A stretch of 64,000 nucleotides of DNA, from positions 263,424-327,423 of the forward strand of contig CAZIFB010000002.1 of the NCBI GenBank assembly GCA_964538915.1, read 5' to 3'. Shown piece by piece: positions 38,061-47,590 of the stretch (position 1 is its first letter; each line of letters starts with the position of its first letter). The notes under the pieces were generated by a model, which did no database searches, had not been told where the DNA came from, and saw nothing but the letters and a program-made list of their open reading frames with translations. Position numbers and translations under genes: made by a program. The stretch comes from an uncultured candidatus Brocadiaceae bacterium (GTDB lineage Bacteria > Planctomycetota > UBA1135 > UBA2386).

Positions 38061-38999
38061 ATGCCCCAGGTCTCGCCACTCTTCTACGCCGGTTTCCTGA
38101 CGTTCGTCGCGCTCATGCTCGCGCTGGATCTGGGCGTGTTCCACCGCAAGGCCCACACTCCCTCGGCGCGCGAGGCGGGGGCGTGGACGATCGTGTGGAG
38201 CTCGCTCGCGGCGGCGTTCGGCGGGTTCGTGTGGCTGCAGTTCGGTTCGAGCGCGGCGCTCGACTACTACACGGCGTGGTTGATCGAGCAGTCGCTGTCG
38301 ATCGACAACATCTTCGTGTTCGTGGTGATCTTCGCGTCGCTGCGGATCCCGCCCGAACTGCAGCATCGGGTGCTCTTCTGGGGCGTGCTGTCCGCGGTCG
38401 TCCTGCGCGCGGTGATGATCTTCGGCGGCGTCTGGCTGATCGAACACTTCCAGCCCGTGCTCTACGCCTTCGGTGCCCTGCTCTTGATCACCGGCCTCAA
38501 GCTGGTTGCACGCGGAACCCACGAGGAGCCGAGCGGTGGCGAGTCTCGCGCAGTCGCCTGGTTGCGGCGGCGGATCCGGGCGACCGATCAGCTGCACGGG
38601 CAGCGCTTCTTCGTCCGTCAGGACGGCCGCCGCCGAGCGACGCCGTTGTTCGTCGCCCTGCTGCTGGTCGAAGGCAGCGACGTCGTGTTCGCGGTCGACT
38701 CCATTCCGGCCGTCTTCGGCGTCACGACCGATCCGTTCCTCGTCTTCACGTCGAACATCTTCGCGATCCTGGGGCTGCGCTCCCTGTTCTTCCTGCTCGC
38801 GGGGATGGCCGGCAAGTTCGCCTACCTGAAGCCGGCGCTCGGCATCGTGCTCGGGTTCGTGGGCCTGAAGCTGGTGGCGCATTCCGTGGTCAAGGTCCCG
38901 ACGCTCGTGTCGCTCGCGGTGATCGTGGTCGTGATCGGTGGCGGGATCGTGCTCTCGATCCTGCGGCCGGCGCCGGCCGCGCGCGCCCACGGCGCGTGA
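38061..38999 (+). CDS. TerC/Alx family integral membrane protein
   Basis: ATG at 38061. EQSLSIDNIFVF and VEGSDVVFAVDSIPAVFGVT duplicated TerC motifs. Confidence 0.9.
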   Translation: MPQVSPLFYAGFLTFVALMLALDLGVFHRKAHTPSAREAGAWTIVWSSLAAAFGGFVWLQFGSSAALDYYTAWLIEQSLSIDNIFVFVVIFASLRIPPELQHRVLFWGVLSAVVLRAVMIFGGVWLIEHFQPVLYAFGALLLITGLKLVARGTHEEPSGGESRAVAWLRRRIRATDQLHGQRFFVRQDGRRRATPLFVALLLVEGSDVVFAVDSIPAVFGVTTDPFLVFTSNIFAILGLRSLFFLLAGMAGKFAYLKPALGIVLGFVGLKLVAHSVVKVPTLVSLAVIVVVIGGGIVLSILRPAPAARAHGA

Positions 39000-39041
39000 G
39001 TGCCCCGCATCCGAGCCTCTGGTCCGGGCGAACGTCCGGCC

Positions 39042-39413
39042 ATGCCCGCGGGATCCGGCGAGACGAAGACCTGTGTCACCTGTGGTCGTTCGATGACGTG
39101 GCGACGCCGATGGGCGCGGGATTGGGACGCCGTCCGTCACTGCAGCGCCACGTGCCGCCGCGGCGTCACGGCGATCGACGCTGCGCTCGAACGGGCGATC
39201 GTCGCGCTGCTGGCGGGGCGCGCGGCGGACGCGAGCGTCTGTCCGTCCGAGGCCGCGCGCTCGGTTGCTTCGGAGTGGCGCCCGCTGATGGAGCGCGCCC
39301 GGATGGCGGCGCGACGCCTGGTCGTGGCGGGTGTCGTCGAGATCGCGCAGGGCGGTCGTGTCGTGGACCCTTCGACCGCGCGCGGCGCCATCCGCGTCCG
39401 CCGGCGCCGCTGA
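39042..39413 (+). CDS. DUF2256 zinc-ribbon / DUF3253 fusion protein
   Basis: KTCVTCGRSMTWRRRWARDWDAVRHCSATCRR followed by a DUF3253-like ICPSEAAR...WRPLME..R.AARRL...G. Confidence 0.7.
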   Translation: MPAGSGETKTCVTCGRSMTWRRRWARDWDAVRHCSATCRRGVTAIDAALERAIVALLAGRAADASVCPSEAARSVASEWRPLMERARMAARRLVVAGVVEIAQGGRVVDPSTARGAIRVRRRR

Positions 39414-39416
39414 ACG

Positions 39417-40859
39417 TCAGCGGCTGGCCGTCGCGCCGTTCGCCGGCGGACCGAACTCGCCGCCCAGCGACTTGAAGATCGCGACGAGGCTGCCGGCGAC
39501 CTGAGCGTCGCTCGCGACGAGATCGTCTTCGATCGTCGCGACCGTGCGCTCGCTGTCGATGACGGCCTGGAAGTCGGACAAGCCGGCGCGGTACTGCGAC
39601 TGTGCGAGGTCGACGGCGCGCCTGGCCTGCTCGGCGGCGCGCTGCAACGAAGAGCGTCGCTCCTGTTCCCGCACGAAGCGCGTCATCGCGTTCTCGGTCT
39701 CCTCGATCGCGAGCAGGACGGCCTTCTCCCACGCGAGCTGTGCGGCCTCGGCCGTCGCTTCGAGCGACTTCACGCGCTGGCGCAGCCGGCCGCCGTCGAA
39801 CAGGTTCCAGCGCACCGACGGACCGAAGGCCACGAGGTCACTGTCTCTGTCGAAGACGTCGGCCGCCGCGTTCGCGGACAGTCCGAGGGTGCCGCCGAGC
39901 GTGAAGCGCGGATACCGGTCGCCCTCCGCGACGCCGATGCGCGCGACCGCCGCCGCGAACCGCCGTTCCGCCGCCTGCACGTCGGGGCGGCGGCGCAGCA
40001 GGTCGGTCGGGAGGCCGACGGCGACTCTCGTGGGCAGGGTCGGCAGCGGAGCGACGGTGTCGAGTTCGCGCGGCAGGTCGGACGGAGCGGCGCCGAGGAG
40101 GACCAGCAACCGGTTCTGCGCCGTCGTTGCGGCGGCGACGAGGGACGGCAGGCGAGCGCGGGTGGACTCGACGTTCGTCGCGGCCTGCGCGACGTCGCGC
40201 TCCACGACGAGGCCGGCGTCGAAGCGGGCGCGCACCAGGCCCAGCGTGCGCTCCTGCAGTGCGAGGTTCTCCTGCGCGATCCTCAGCCGCTGTTGCGCGG
40301 CGCGGAGGTCGATGTAGGTGGCGGCGACTTCGCCCGCGACGGTCACCGCCGCGGCGCGAACGTCGTCCTCGCTGGCGGCGAGGTCGGCGTCGGCAGCCTC
40401 GACGGAGCGGCGCACGCGACCCCAAAGGTCGAGTTCCCACGACGCGTCCGCGGCGATCGTGTGGATGTTCGTTCGCGGGATGAACGCGCCGAACGGCGTG
40501 TTCTTGCTCTCGCTGCGGTGTTCGTACGACCCGCGTCCGTCGATCGACGGCCATTGGTCGGCGGCGGCGACGCCGCGCAACGCGCGCGCCGACTCGAGGC
40601 GGGCCAGCGCGGCCCGCAGGTCGAGGTTGTGCACGAGCGCGCGGTCGACGAGGTCCGCGAGCAGCGGATCGCCGAACGTGCGCCACCACGCGCCGGGAGC
40701 CGCGGGCTCGCCGACGAGTCCGGCGTCTTTCGGCTGTCGCCAGTTCGCCGCGAACTCGGCTTTCGGCGGTTCGTAGTCCGGGCCGACCGACGCACAGGAC
40801 GTCGCGAAGAGGGCCGCGGCGGCGAGGAGCGCCGCGCGAACGGGGTGGGAGGAGGACAT
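39417..40859 (-). CDS. RND efflux outer-membrane lipoprotein, NodT family
   Basis: ATG at 40859. Lipobox-like LFATSC, PDYEPP, and duplicated OEP repeats. The start overlaps the RND stop by 1 nt (TGATG). Confidence 0.9.
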   Translation of the reverse strand: MSSSHPVRAALLAAAALFATSCASVGPDYEPPKAEFAANWRQPKDAGLVGEPAAPGAWWRTFGDPLLADLVDRALVHNLDLRAALARLESARALRGVAAADQWPSIDGRGSYEHRSESKNTPFGAFIPRTNIHTIAADASWELDLWGRVRRSVEAADADLAASEDDVRAAAVTVAGEVAATYIDLRAAQQRLRIAQENLALQERTLGLVRARFDAGLVVERDVAQAATNVESTRARLPSLVAAATTAQNRLLVLLGAAPSDLPRELDTVAPLPTLPTRVAVGLPTDLLRRRPDVQAAERRFAAAVARIGVAEGDRYPRFTLGGTLGLSANAAADVFDRDSDLVAFGPSVRWNLFDGGRLRQRVKSLEATAEAAQLAWEKAVLLAIEETENAMTRFVREQERRSSLQRAAEQARRAVDLAQSQYRAGLSDFQAVIDSERTVATIEDDLVASDAQVAGSLVAIFKSLGGEFGPPANGATASR

Positions 40860-43800
40860 CACGCGAACTCCATCGAGGGCGAGGGGGTGGAAGTACTGCG
40901 CTCGGTTGCCGGCGCGTCCTCTTCGGCGTGGCTGTGGTTCGCCGCGATCAGCAGGTAGAAGACCGGAACGACGAACAGCGTGAACACCGTGCCGATCGCC
41001 ATGCCGGCGACGAGCACGATGCCGATGCTGTTGCGTGCGGCCGCGCCTGGGCCCGCGACGAACACCAGCGGCAGGTGGCCGAAGATGGTCGCCGCGGTCG
41101 TCATCAGCACCGGGCGGAGACGTGTCGCCGCGGCTTCGCGGATCGCCGCCAACTTGGCGGTGCCGCGCTCCTGGAGGACGTTCGCGAACTCGACGATGAG
41201 GATGCCGTTCTTCGCGATGAGCCCGACCAGCGTGATCAGGCCGACCTGTGAGTAGACGTTGATCGTCGTCGTCGTCTTGGAACCGACCCAGTCCCACTCC
41301 AGGTAGGGGAACAGCAGTGCACCGCTGATCGCGAGGGGCACCGAGCCGAGGAGCACGATGAGCGGGTCGCGGAAGCTGCGGAACTGGGCTGCCAGCACCA
41401 GGTAGACGAGCGCGATCGCGAACCCGAGCGTCAGCACGAGCGTCGAGCCTTCGTGGCGGATCTGTCGCGACTCGCCGGCGTAGTCGATCGTGACGCCGGG
41501 CTTCACGACGGCGGTCGCGGCCTCCTCGAGCGCGCGCAGCCCTTCTTCCTTGGTGACGCCCGGGAGGACGCCACCGAACACGCGGACCGAGTTGCGCTGC
41601 TGGAAGCGATTCAGTGTTCGCGGTGACGCGCTCGCTTCGATGTCGACGAACGACGACACCGGCACGAGGTCGCCCCCGGGCGTCTTGATCTTGAGGTCGA
41701 GCAGGGGGCCCACCGACGAGCGGCCGGCGCGGTCGATCTGCGGGATGACCTTGTAGCTGCGGTCGTAGAAGTTGAAGCGGTTCACGTAGCCGCCGCCGAG
41801 CAGCGCGCCGAGTTCGCGGCCGACCCCGGCGAGGTCCATGCCGAGGTCCGCGACCCGTTCGCGGTCGACACGCACACGGGCCTGCGGCCGGTCGATCTTG
41901 AGGTCGGTGTCGACGTAGGTGAACTTCCCGCTCGCCCAGCCGGCGCCGAAGATCGCCATCGACTGCTCGAGCAGTTCCTCGACCGGACCGGAACTCTGCA
42001 GCACCAGTTCGACGTCGTGCATGCCAGACGTCGGCAGCGGCGGGTCGAGACGCGGGAACACGCGCACACCCGGCACCTGCGACAGCTGGTAGAAGAGCGG
42101 GCCGTAGACCTCGCGCGTCGAGCGCTCACGCTCGGTCCAGTGCTTGTGGACCATGCCGCCGAAGCCGCCCCAGTCGGCGACCAGCGACCACATGAACTTC
42201 GTCTCGGGCTGCGCACGCACGACCTTCGCGACCTCGCGCGACGCGGCGTCGACGGCTTCGAGCGTGGCGTCCGGCGCGACGTCGAAGAACAACGAGATGT
42301 GGCTCTGGTCCTCGACGGGCGCGAGTTCGCGGCGGGATTCGGTGTAGAGCGGCACGGCAGCGAGGCCGATCAGCACCGCGAGGACGACGATCGCCCATCG
42401 GAGCGAGAGCGCCACATCGAGCGTCCACACGTAGGCGCGGCGCACGACGGCGAAGCCCTTGTCGACCTGGCGCGTGAGCCACGCTTCCTTGCCGTGGTCG
42501 CGCACCGCGAAGCGGCTCATCATCGGCGACAGCGTCACTGCGACGATGCCGGAGACGAGGACCGCCGCTGCGAGCGTGATCGCGAACTCGAGGAACAGCG
42601 CGCCCGTCATGCCGCCCTGGAAGCCGATCGGCGCGTAGACCGCTGCGAGCGTGATCGTCATCGCGACGATCGGACCGAGCAGTTCGCGCGCGGCTTCCAT
42701 CGCCGCCTGCAGGCGTGTCTTGCCCATGCGAACGTGACGCTCGACGTTCTCGACGACGACGATCGCGTCGTCGACGACGAGGCCGACCGACAGCACGATC
42801 GCCAGGATGGTCAGCAGGTTGAGCGAGAAGCCGCACGCCGCCATCACGACAACCGCGCCGATCAGGGACACCGGCATCGCTACCAGCGGCACCAGCGAGG
42901 TTCGGATCGAGCCGAGGAACAGGAAGACGACGAGTGCGACGATCCCGATCGTCTCCATCAGCGTGAAGGAGATCTCCTTCAGGGCGTCCCGCATGAACAT
43001 CGTGCCGTCGTAGGCGAGGTTCATCTCGATGTCGGGCGCCAGCGACGGACGGATCGCGTCCATCTCCGCGACGAGCCGGTTGCCGACGGCGATCTCGTTC
43101 GCGCCGACGAGCGGCCACACGCCGAGGTAGACGCTGGGGCGGTCGTTGTACTTCGCGGTGAAGTCCGCCTCCTCCGAGCCGAGTTCGACGCGTGCGACGT
43201 CGCCGATGCGCACCACGGCGCCGCCGCGATCGATGACGATCAGCTTCTCGAACTCCTCGACCGAACGGAGGTCCGTGTCCGCCAGCAGGTTGATCTGAAC
43301 GAGGTTGCCCTTCGTCTGGCCGACGGCGGCCAGGTAGTTGTTGCGCTGGATCGCGGCGTAGATGTCGCCGGGCGCCAGGTTGACGGCGGCGAGCTTGTCG
43401 GGGTCGAGCCAGATGCGCATCGCGAGCGGGCGACCGCCTTCCTGGTTCGTGACACGCTGCACGCCATCGATCGTCGCGAACTGCGGCTGCACGTTGCGCG
43501 ACAGGTAGTCCGTCAGCTCCGCGAGTGTGCGCTGCTCCGACGTGAAGCTGAGATAGAAGCTCGCGTACGGGCGATCGGCGCGCTGCACGTCGATCATCGG
43601 CGGCTCTGCCTCGGAGGGCAGTTCGCTGCGGATCTGCTGCAGGCGGGCCGTGACTTCCGCGAGGGCCTTCGTGGTGTCGTAGTCGAGCTCGAGGCGAACG
43701 GTGACCTTGCTGACGCCGGCGCGGCTCTCGGACTCGATGTGGTCGACGCCACCGATCGACGAGACCGCTCGTTCGATCGGCGTGGTGAGGAAGCCTCGCA

Positions 43801-43990
43801 CGTTCTCGGCGGACGCGCCGACGTAGACCGTCGTGACGATGACCGAGGCCGAGTCGAGTTTCGGATACTGCTGCAACGGCAGGCCGAAGACGGCGCGGAT
43901 GCCGACCAGCACGATCAGGAGGTTGGCGACGAGCGCCAGGACGGGGTGGCGGACGAAGGTGTCGGTGAAGGAGCGCATCGGGGGCCTCAC
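40859..43990 (-). CDS. RND (AcrB/HAE1-type) efflux permease
   Basis: 1043 aa with 12 TM and two large periplasmic loops. FVRHPVLALVANLLIVLVGI, VLSVGLVVDDAIVVVEN. An alternative ATG (MRSFTDTF) lies at 43978. Confidence 0.95.
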   Translation of the reverse strand: MRPPMRSFTDTFVRHPVLALVANLLIVLVGIRAVFGLPLQQYPKLDSASVIVTTVYVGASAENVRGFLTTPIERAVSSIGGVDHIESESRAGVSKVTVRLELDYDTTKALAEVTARLQQIRSELPSEAEPPMIDVQRADRPYASFYLSFTSEQRTLAELTDYLSRNVQPQFATIDGVQRVTNQEGGRPLAMRIWLDPDKLAAVNLAPGDIYAAIQRNNYLAAVGQTKGNLVQINLLADTDLRSVEEFEKLIVIDRGGAVVRIGDVARVELGSEEADFTAKYNDRPSVYLGVWPLVGANEIAVGNRLVAEMDAIRPSLAPDIEMNLAYDGTMFMRDALKEISFTLMETIGIVALVVFLFLGSIRTSLVPLVAMPVSLIGAVVVMAACGFSLNLLTILAIVLSVGLVVDDAIVVVENVERHVRMGKTRLQAAMEAARELLGPIVAMTITLAAVYAPIGFQGGMTGALFLEFAITLAAAVLVSGIVAVTLSPMMSRFAVRDHGKEAWLTRQVDKGFAVVRRAYVWTLDVALSLRWAIVVLAVLIGLAAVPLYTESRRELAPVEDQSHISLFFDVAPDATLEAVDAASREVAKVVRAQPETKFMWSLVADWGGFGGMVHKHWTERERSTREVYGPLFYQLSQVPGVRVFPRLDPPLPTSGMHDVELVLQSSGPVEELLEQSMAIFGAGWASGKFTYVDTDLKIDRPQARVRVDRERVADLGMDLAGVGRELGALLGGGYVNRFNFYDRSYKVIPQIDRAGRSSVGPLLDLKIKTPGGDLVPVSSFVDIEASASPRTLNRFQQRNSVRVFGGVLPGVTKEEGLRALEEAATAVVKPGVTIDYAGESRQIRHEGSTLVLTLGFAIALVYLVLAAQFRSFRDPLIVLLGSVPLAISGALLFPYLEWDWVGSKTTTTINVYSQVGLITLVGLIAKNGILIVEFANVLQERGTAKLAAIREAAATRLRPVLMTTAATIFGHLPLVFVAGPGAAARNSIGIVLVAGMAIGTVFTLFVVPVFYLLIAANHSHAEEDAPATERSTSTPSPSMEFA

Positions 43991-45099
43991 TGCTTCGTGA
44001 CGAGGGCCTTGTCGTCGACGAGCACGTCTTCGCGCAGCTTGAAGGAGCCGAGCGCCGCGACGCGTTCGCCGGCCTTCACCCCTTCGACGACGACGATCTC
44101 GTCACCGAGCGAGGCGCCGGCGCGCACGCGGCGCGTCTTCGCCCGCGTCTTGCCGTCCTCGGCTTTCACGATCGCGAACACGTAGTCGCCTCCCGGGCCG
44201 CGCCGCAGCGCGCTGACCGGCACCACGACGACTTCGTGCGGGGCTTCGACGGGCACGCGAACCCGCACCGACGCGCCGGGCGTCGGCAGCGGCTGGAGGC
44301 CGGACAGCAGTGCTCGTACGGTCGTGTTGCGCGTCGTGGCCTCGACGCGCGCGTCCATCGCCACGATCTTCGCCGCGGCGGTGCGCTCGTCGGCGGTGAC
44401 TTCGACCTGCTGTCCGAGTTGGAGCCGAGTCGCCGTCTCCTGGGTCACCGAGAAGTCGACGTGCACGGCGTCGTCGACGCCTTGCAGCGTGGTGATCGTC
44501 GTTCCGGGCACGAGGTACTGGCCGGGGTGCAGATCGACCATGCCGACGCGCGAGCGGAACGGGGCGCGAACGACCTTCTGCTCGATGACCGCCTTCGTGC
44601 GGGCGACGTTCGCCATCGTGCGGTCGTGTTCGGCGCGGGCGCGATCGACGTCCGCCGCCGAGGCTCCCTGGTCCTTCAGCGCCTGCTCCATGCGCGCGAG
44701 CATCGAGGCGGCGAGGCGGGCGTCGGCCTCGTAGGCAGCGAGTTCCGCCTGTTCGACCGCAACGTCGAGTTCGACGAGGATCGCTCCGGCATCGACCACG
44801 GTGCCGGTCTCGAGCTGCACCTTGCGAACGGTGCCGGCAAGTTCGTTCTTCAGGTCGATGGACTGCAGGGCGCGCACGGTGCCGATCGCGGTGGTCGACC
44901 GCGCGAACATGCGCGTGCGGGCGTCTGCGCCCTCGATGGCTTCGGCCATTTCGCCGTGGCCCTGGGCCGCCTGGCTGGCGGCCCGCTTGTTCTGCTTGGC
45001 GAGCCAGATGCCGCCAGCGATCGCGGCAGCGACGACGAGCAGCAGGGCGGTTCCGACGATGCGGAACCGGAGGGAGCGTTGGGCGGCGGGAGGAGTCAT
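43987..45099 (-). CDS. RND efflux periplasmic adaptor (MFP/HlyD family)
   Basis: N-terminal TM anchor, lipoyl/hairpin/beta-barrel pattern, and VPVSALRRGPGGDYVFAI. Confidence 0.9.
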   Translation of the reverse strand: MTPPAAQRSLRFRIVGTALLLVVAAAIAGGIWLAKQNKRAASQAAQGHGEMAEAIEGADARTRMFARSTTAIGTVRALQSIDLKNELAGTVRKVQLETGTVVDAGAILVELDVAVEQAELAAYEADARLAASMLARMEQALKDQGASAADVDRARAEHDRTMANVARTKAVIEQKVVRAPFRSRVGMVDLHPGQYLVPGTTITTLQGVDDAVHVDFSVTQETATRLQLGQQVEVTADERTAAAKIVAMDARVEATTRNTTVRALLSGLQPLPTPGASVRVRVPVEAPHEVVVVPVSALRRGPGGDYVFAIVKAEDGKTRAKTRRVRAGASLGDEIVVVEGVKAGERVAALGSFKLREDVLVDDKALVTKQ

Positions 45100-45106
45100 G
45101 GGGGAC

Positions 45107-45126
45107 GGAATTAGACCGGTCGACTA
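45107..45126. promoter_or_regulatory. candidate TetR operator upstream of the efflux operon
   Basis: ggaattagaccggtcgacta contains the 8-bp palindrome GACCGGTC. It shares GGAAT(T)AGACCGGTC with the site at 45794. Confidence 0.4.
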
Positions 45127-45173
45127 CAGTCGGGCCGGAGTCAGGGATGGGGTAATGGGCGGACGGGGTGGAC

Positions 45174-45782
45174 TCAGCGGCGAGGCTCGCCGAGCAAGGT
45201 GTCGAAGACGAACGCCTGGAAGTCGTCCAGGGCGGCGATGCTGCGGTCGATCTGCATGCGGATCGCAGCACCTTCCCACAGCATCACGAGCACATTCGCC
45301 AAGCGGTCGGCGTCGTGCTTTCGGTCGATCTCACCGGCGTTCTGGCCTTCGCGAATGACCTGAGCCAGCAGAGCGCTCCACTGCTGGTAGCAGCACCGAA
45401 CCGCGGCGTGCACCGGCTCGCTCAGGCTGGCGGTCTCGAGAGCCAACTTCGGGATCAGGCACTCGACCGTCGGGCCGTTCGCGGCGCACTCGGCTCGTGC
45501 TTCCGCGAACATCTTGCGCAGGCGCTGCACCGGGGTCATGCGGCGGTCGCTCAGCAGCGGCTTCACTTCGGCGAGGTGTTCGTCCCGAGCGCGCTCGATC
45601 AGGGCCACCCCGAACTCCTCCTTGGAGGCGAAGTAGTGGTAGAACGAGCCCTTCGGAACCCCTGCTGATTGAAGGACTTCAGCGATACCGCACCCATTGA
45701 ATCCCTTCTTTCCGAACAGCTCGGCGCCCGCCGTGAGGAGGCGATCGCGGGTGTCGAGGTCGCGGGGTGGGTCGAGGGTCAT
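45174..45782 (-). CDS. TetR/AcrR family transcriptional regulator
   Basis: ATG at 45782. HTH GFNGCGIAEVLQSAGVPKGSFYHYFASKEEF. Confidence 0.9.
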   Translation of the reverse strand: MTLDPPRDLDTRDRLLTAGAELFGKKGFNGCGIAEVLQSAGVPKGSFYHYFASKEEFGVALIERARDEHLAEVKPLLSDRRMTPVQRLRKMFAEARAECAANGPTVECLIPKLALETASLSEPVHAAVRCCYQQWSALLAQVIREGQNAGEIDRKHDADRLANVLVMLWEGAAIRMQIDRSIAALDDFQAFVFDTLLGEPRR

Positions 45783-45793
45783 GGGTGGCGGCC

Positions 45794-45816
45794 GGAATAG
45801 ACCGGTCAGTCTAATA
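45794..45816. promoter_or_regulatory. candidate TetR operator upstream of tetR
   Basis: ggaatagaccggtcagtctaata forms the inverted repeat AATAGAC-N6-GTCTAAT around GACCGGTC, 12 nt upstream of the tetR ATG. Confidence 0.4.
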
Positions 45817-45882
45817 CCGCCGCCGCGGTCACGTCGCAAGTCCGTCCTGCCATGTTCTTCCGGCGACGCTGCGCCGCGGCGA

Positions 45883-47187
45883 TCAACCGACGGTGCGATC
45901 GAGCAGAAGCCGCACGCCGCTCGCCTGGAACCGGGTGTCCGCAGGCCAGAAGTTGCGGTACTGCGCGCGCGCCTGGCTGCGCGGAGTGGCGAACGAGCCG
46001 CCCCGGAGCACTCGCTGGTTGTCCATGAACTTGCCGTTGTACTCCATCAGGGCACCGGGGAACGGACGGTAGCCGGGATACGGCTCGTAGTGGCTCTGCG
46101 TCCACTCCCAGGTGTCGCCGGCGAGTTGCCGCACGCCGTGCCGCGACGCGGCAGGCGCCGCATCGAGTACGCCGGACATCGGCTCGTCGTCGAGCAGGTT
46201 TCCCCCGCGCTGGTCGAAGCCCGACACGCGCGCCGCATGTTCCCATTCGCACTCGCGCGGCAGGCGGGCGTGCCTCCAAGCGGCGAACTGCTCGCCGTAC
46301 CAGCGTGCGAATGCGTCGGCTTCGTAGAACGACACGTGGCAAACCGGTGCATCCGGTTCGACGGGAACGAGCCCGCGCAGCGTGAATCGCCGCCATTCCC
46401 CACCGTCGTGTTGCCAATAGAGCGGCGCTTGCCACCCGTGCTGCTGCACCGCTGCCCAGCCGTTCGACAGCCACAGCAGGGGATGCCGGTAGCCACCGTC
46501 GTCCACGAACGCGAGCCATTCGGCGTTGGTCACGAGCCGGTCCCCGAGTGCGAAGTCGGGCACCAGGATCCGGTGCGCGGGCAGTTCGTTGTCCCAGCAG
46601 AATCCTTCGCCGTCGTGTCCCAGCGTCTGTGGGCCGCCGCGGTGATCGACCGCGCGCATCGGCGACGACTCGGCAGATGGATGCCGCGCGGGCGGTGCAT
46701 AGGCGCGGCGAAGAGGTTCGGGCGCCGACCAGCGGATGTGCAGGATCTCGGTCAAGAACAGCTCCTGATGCTGCTCTTCGTGTTCGAGTCCGATCACCAC
46801 TGCGTCGTGCAGCGCGGCGAACTTGGCGCTGTCGGCAGAGCGGAGCAACGCGATCGTCGCGTCGTCGACCGCAGACCGGTACTCGCGCACGTCGGCAGTG
46901 GACGGTTGCGCGACGCGCCCGCGCATCGGTCGGGGCAGGCGTGGCCCGAGTCCCTCGTAGTAGCTGTTCAGCGCGTAGTCGAATCCGGGGAAGTCGTCGA
47001 ACGCGGCGCCGTTCGGCCGCAGCACGTTCGCGGCGAAGAACCAGCTCGTGTGGCCGAGGTTCCACCACGGCGGGCTCACGTCGGGCATCGACTGGACGCG
47101 GAAGTCCTCCGCGGCGAGGGGGGACATCAGGCGTTCGCTGCGGGCGCGCACCGCGAGGAATCGCGCCAGGAGGGCGTTTCGCTCCAT
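45883..47187 (-). CDS. egtB: EgtB-type sulfoxide synthase (DinB-like + FGE-sulfatase domains)
   Basis: DinB-like N-domain with iron-binding motif H-x3-H-x-E (LEHEEQHQE). C-domain WEWT...YPGY...EYNGKFM.NQ.VLRGGS. Confidence 0.85.
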   Translation of the reverse strand: MERNALLARFLAVRARSERLMSPLAAEDFRVQSMPDVSPPWWNLGHTSWFFAANVLRPNGAAFDDFPGFDYALNSYYEGLGPRLPRPMRGRVAQPSTADVREYRSAVDDATIALLRSADSAKFAALHDAVVIGLEHEEQHQELFLTEILHIRWSAPEPLRRAYAPPARHPSAESSPMRAVDHRGGPQTLGHDGEGFCWDNELPAHRILVPDFALGDRLVTNAEWLAFVDDGGYRHPLLWLSNGWAAVQQHGWQAPLYWQHDGGEWRRFTLRGLVPVEPDAPVCHVSFYEADAFARWYGEQFAAWRHARLPRECEWEHAARVSGFDQRGGNLLDDEPMSGVLDAAPAASRHGVRQLAGDTWEWTQSHYEPYPGYRPFPGALMEYNGKFMDNQRVLRGGSFATPRSQARAQYRNFWPADTRFQASGVRLLLDRTVG

Positions 47188-47338
47188 CCGCGGATGCTAC
47201 GGGAGCGGCGCGCGGTTCCACCATGGCGGCGGACACCGTTCCGCGCGTCCCGGTGTGGGACGGTGCGGGGCGGGTGCCTACAGGCCGTGCGATCCCGACC
47301 GATACCGGCGCGTGGATTTCGGGCCGATCCTGTTGGTC

Positions 47339-47590
47339 ATGAGTGCGGGGCTGCTGCCAGTGGGGCTCGTGCGTGCGCTGCACGGGCGACGCAACATCGC
47401 GATGCTCGCGCTCGCGCTCGCGTTCGGCTGGTTCTTCCTGAGCGGTTGCTACTTCGCCGTCTTCCTGCAACTGGGGGGCGACGACGCGGCGTGGCTGCTC
47501 GGCGTCGGCGCACTTCTCGCGGCCGTCGCCGTCACGTGGACGCTGCGCCGCAGCCGGACCGCGATCTCGTCGGCGCGACGCGCGGCGTGA
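47339..47590 (+). CDS. small two-TM membrane protein (hypothetical)
   Basis: ATG at 47339, 83 aa, GC3 about 90%, two hydrophobic helices. Its stop directly abuts the bcp stop (tgatca). Confidence 0.4.
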   Translation: MSAGLLPVGLVRALHGRRNIAMLALALAFGWFFLSGCYFAVFLQLGGDDAAWLLGVGALLAAVAVTWTLRRSRTAISSARRAA

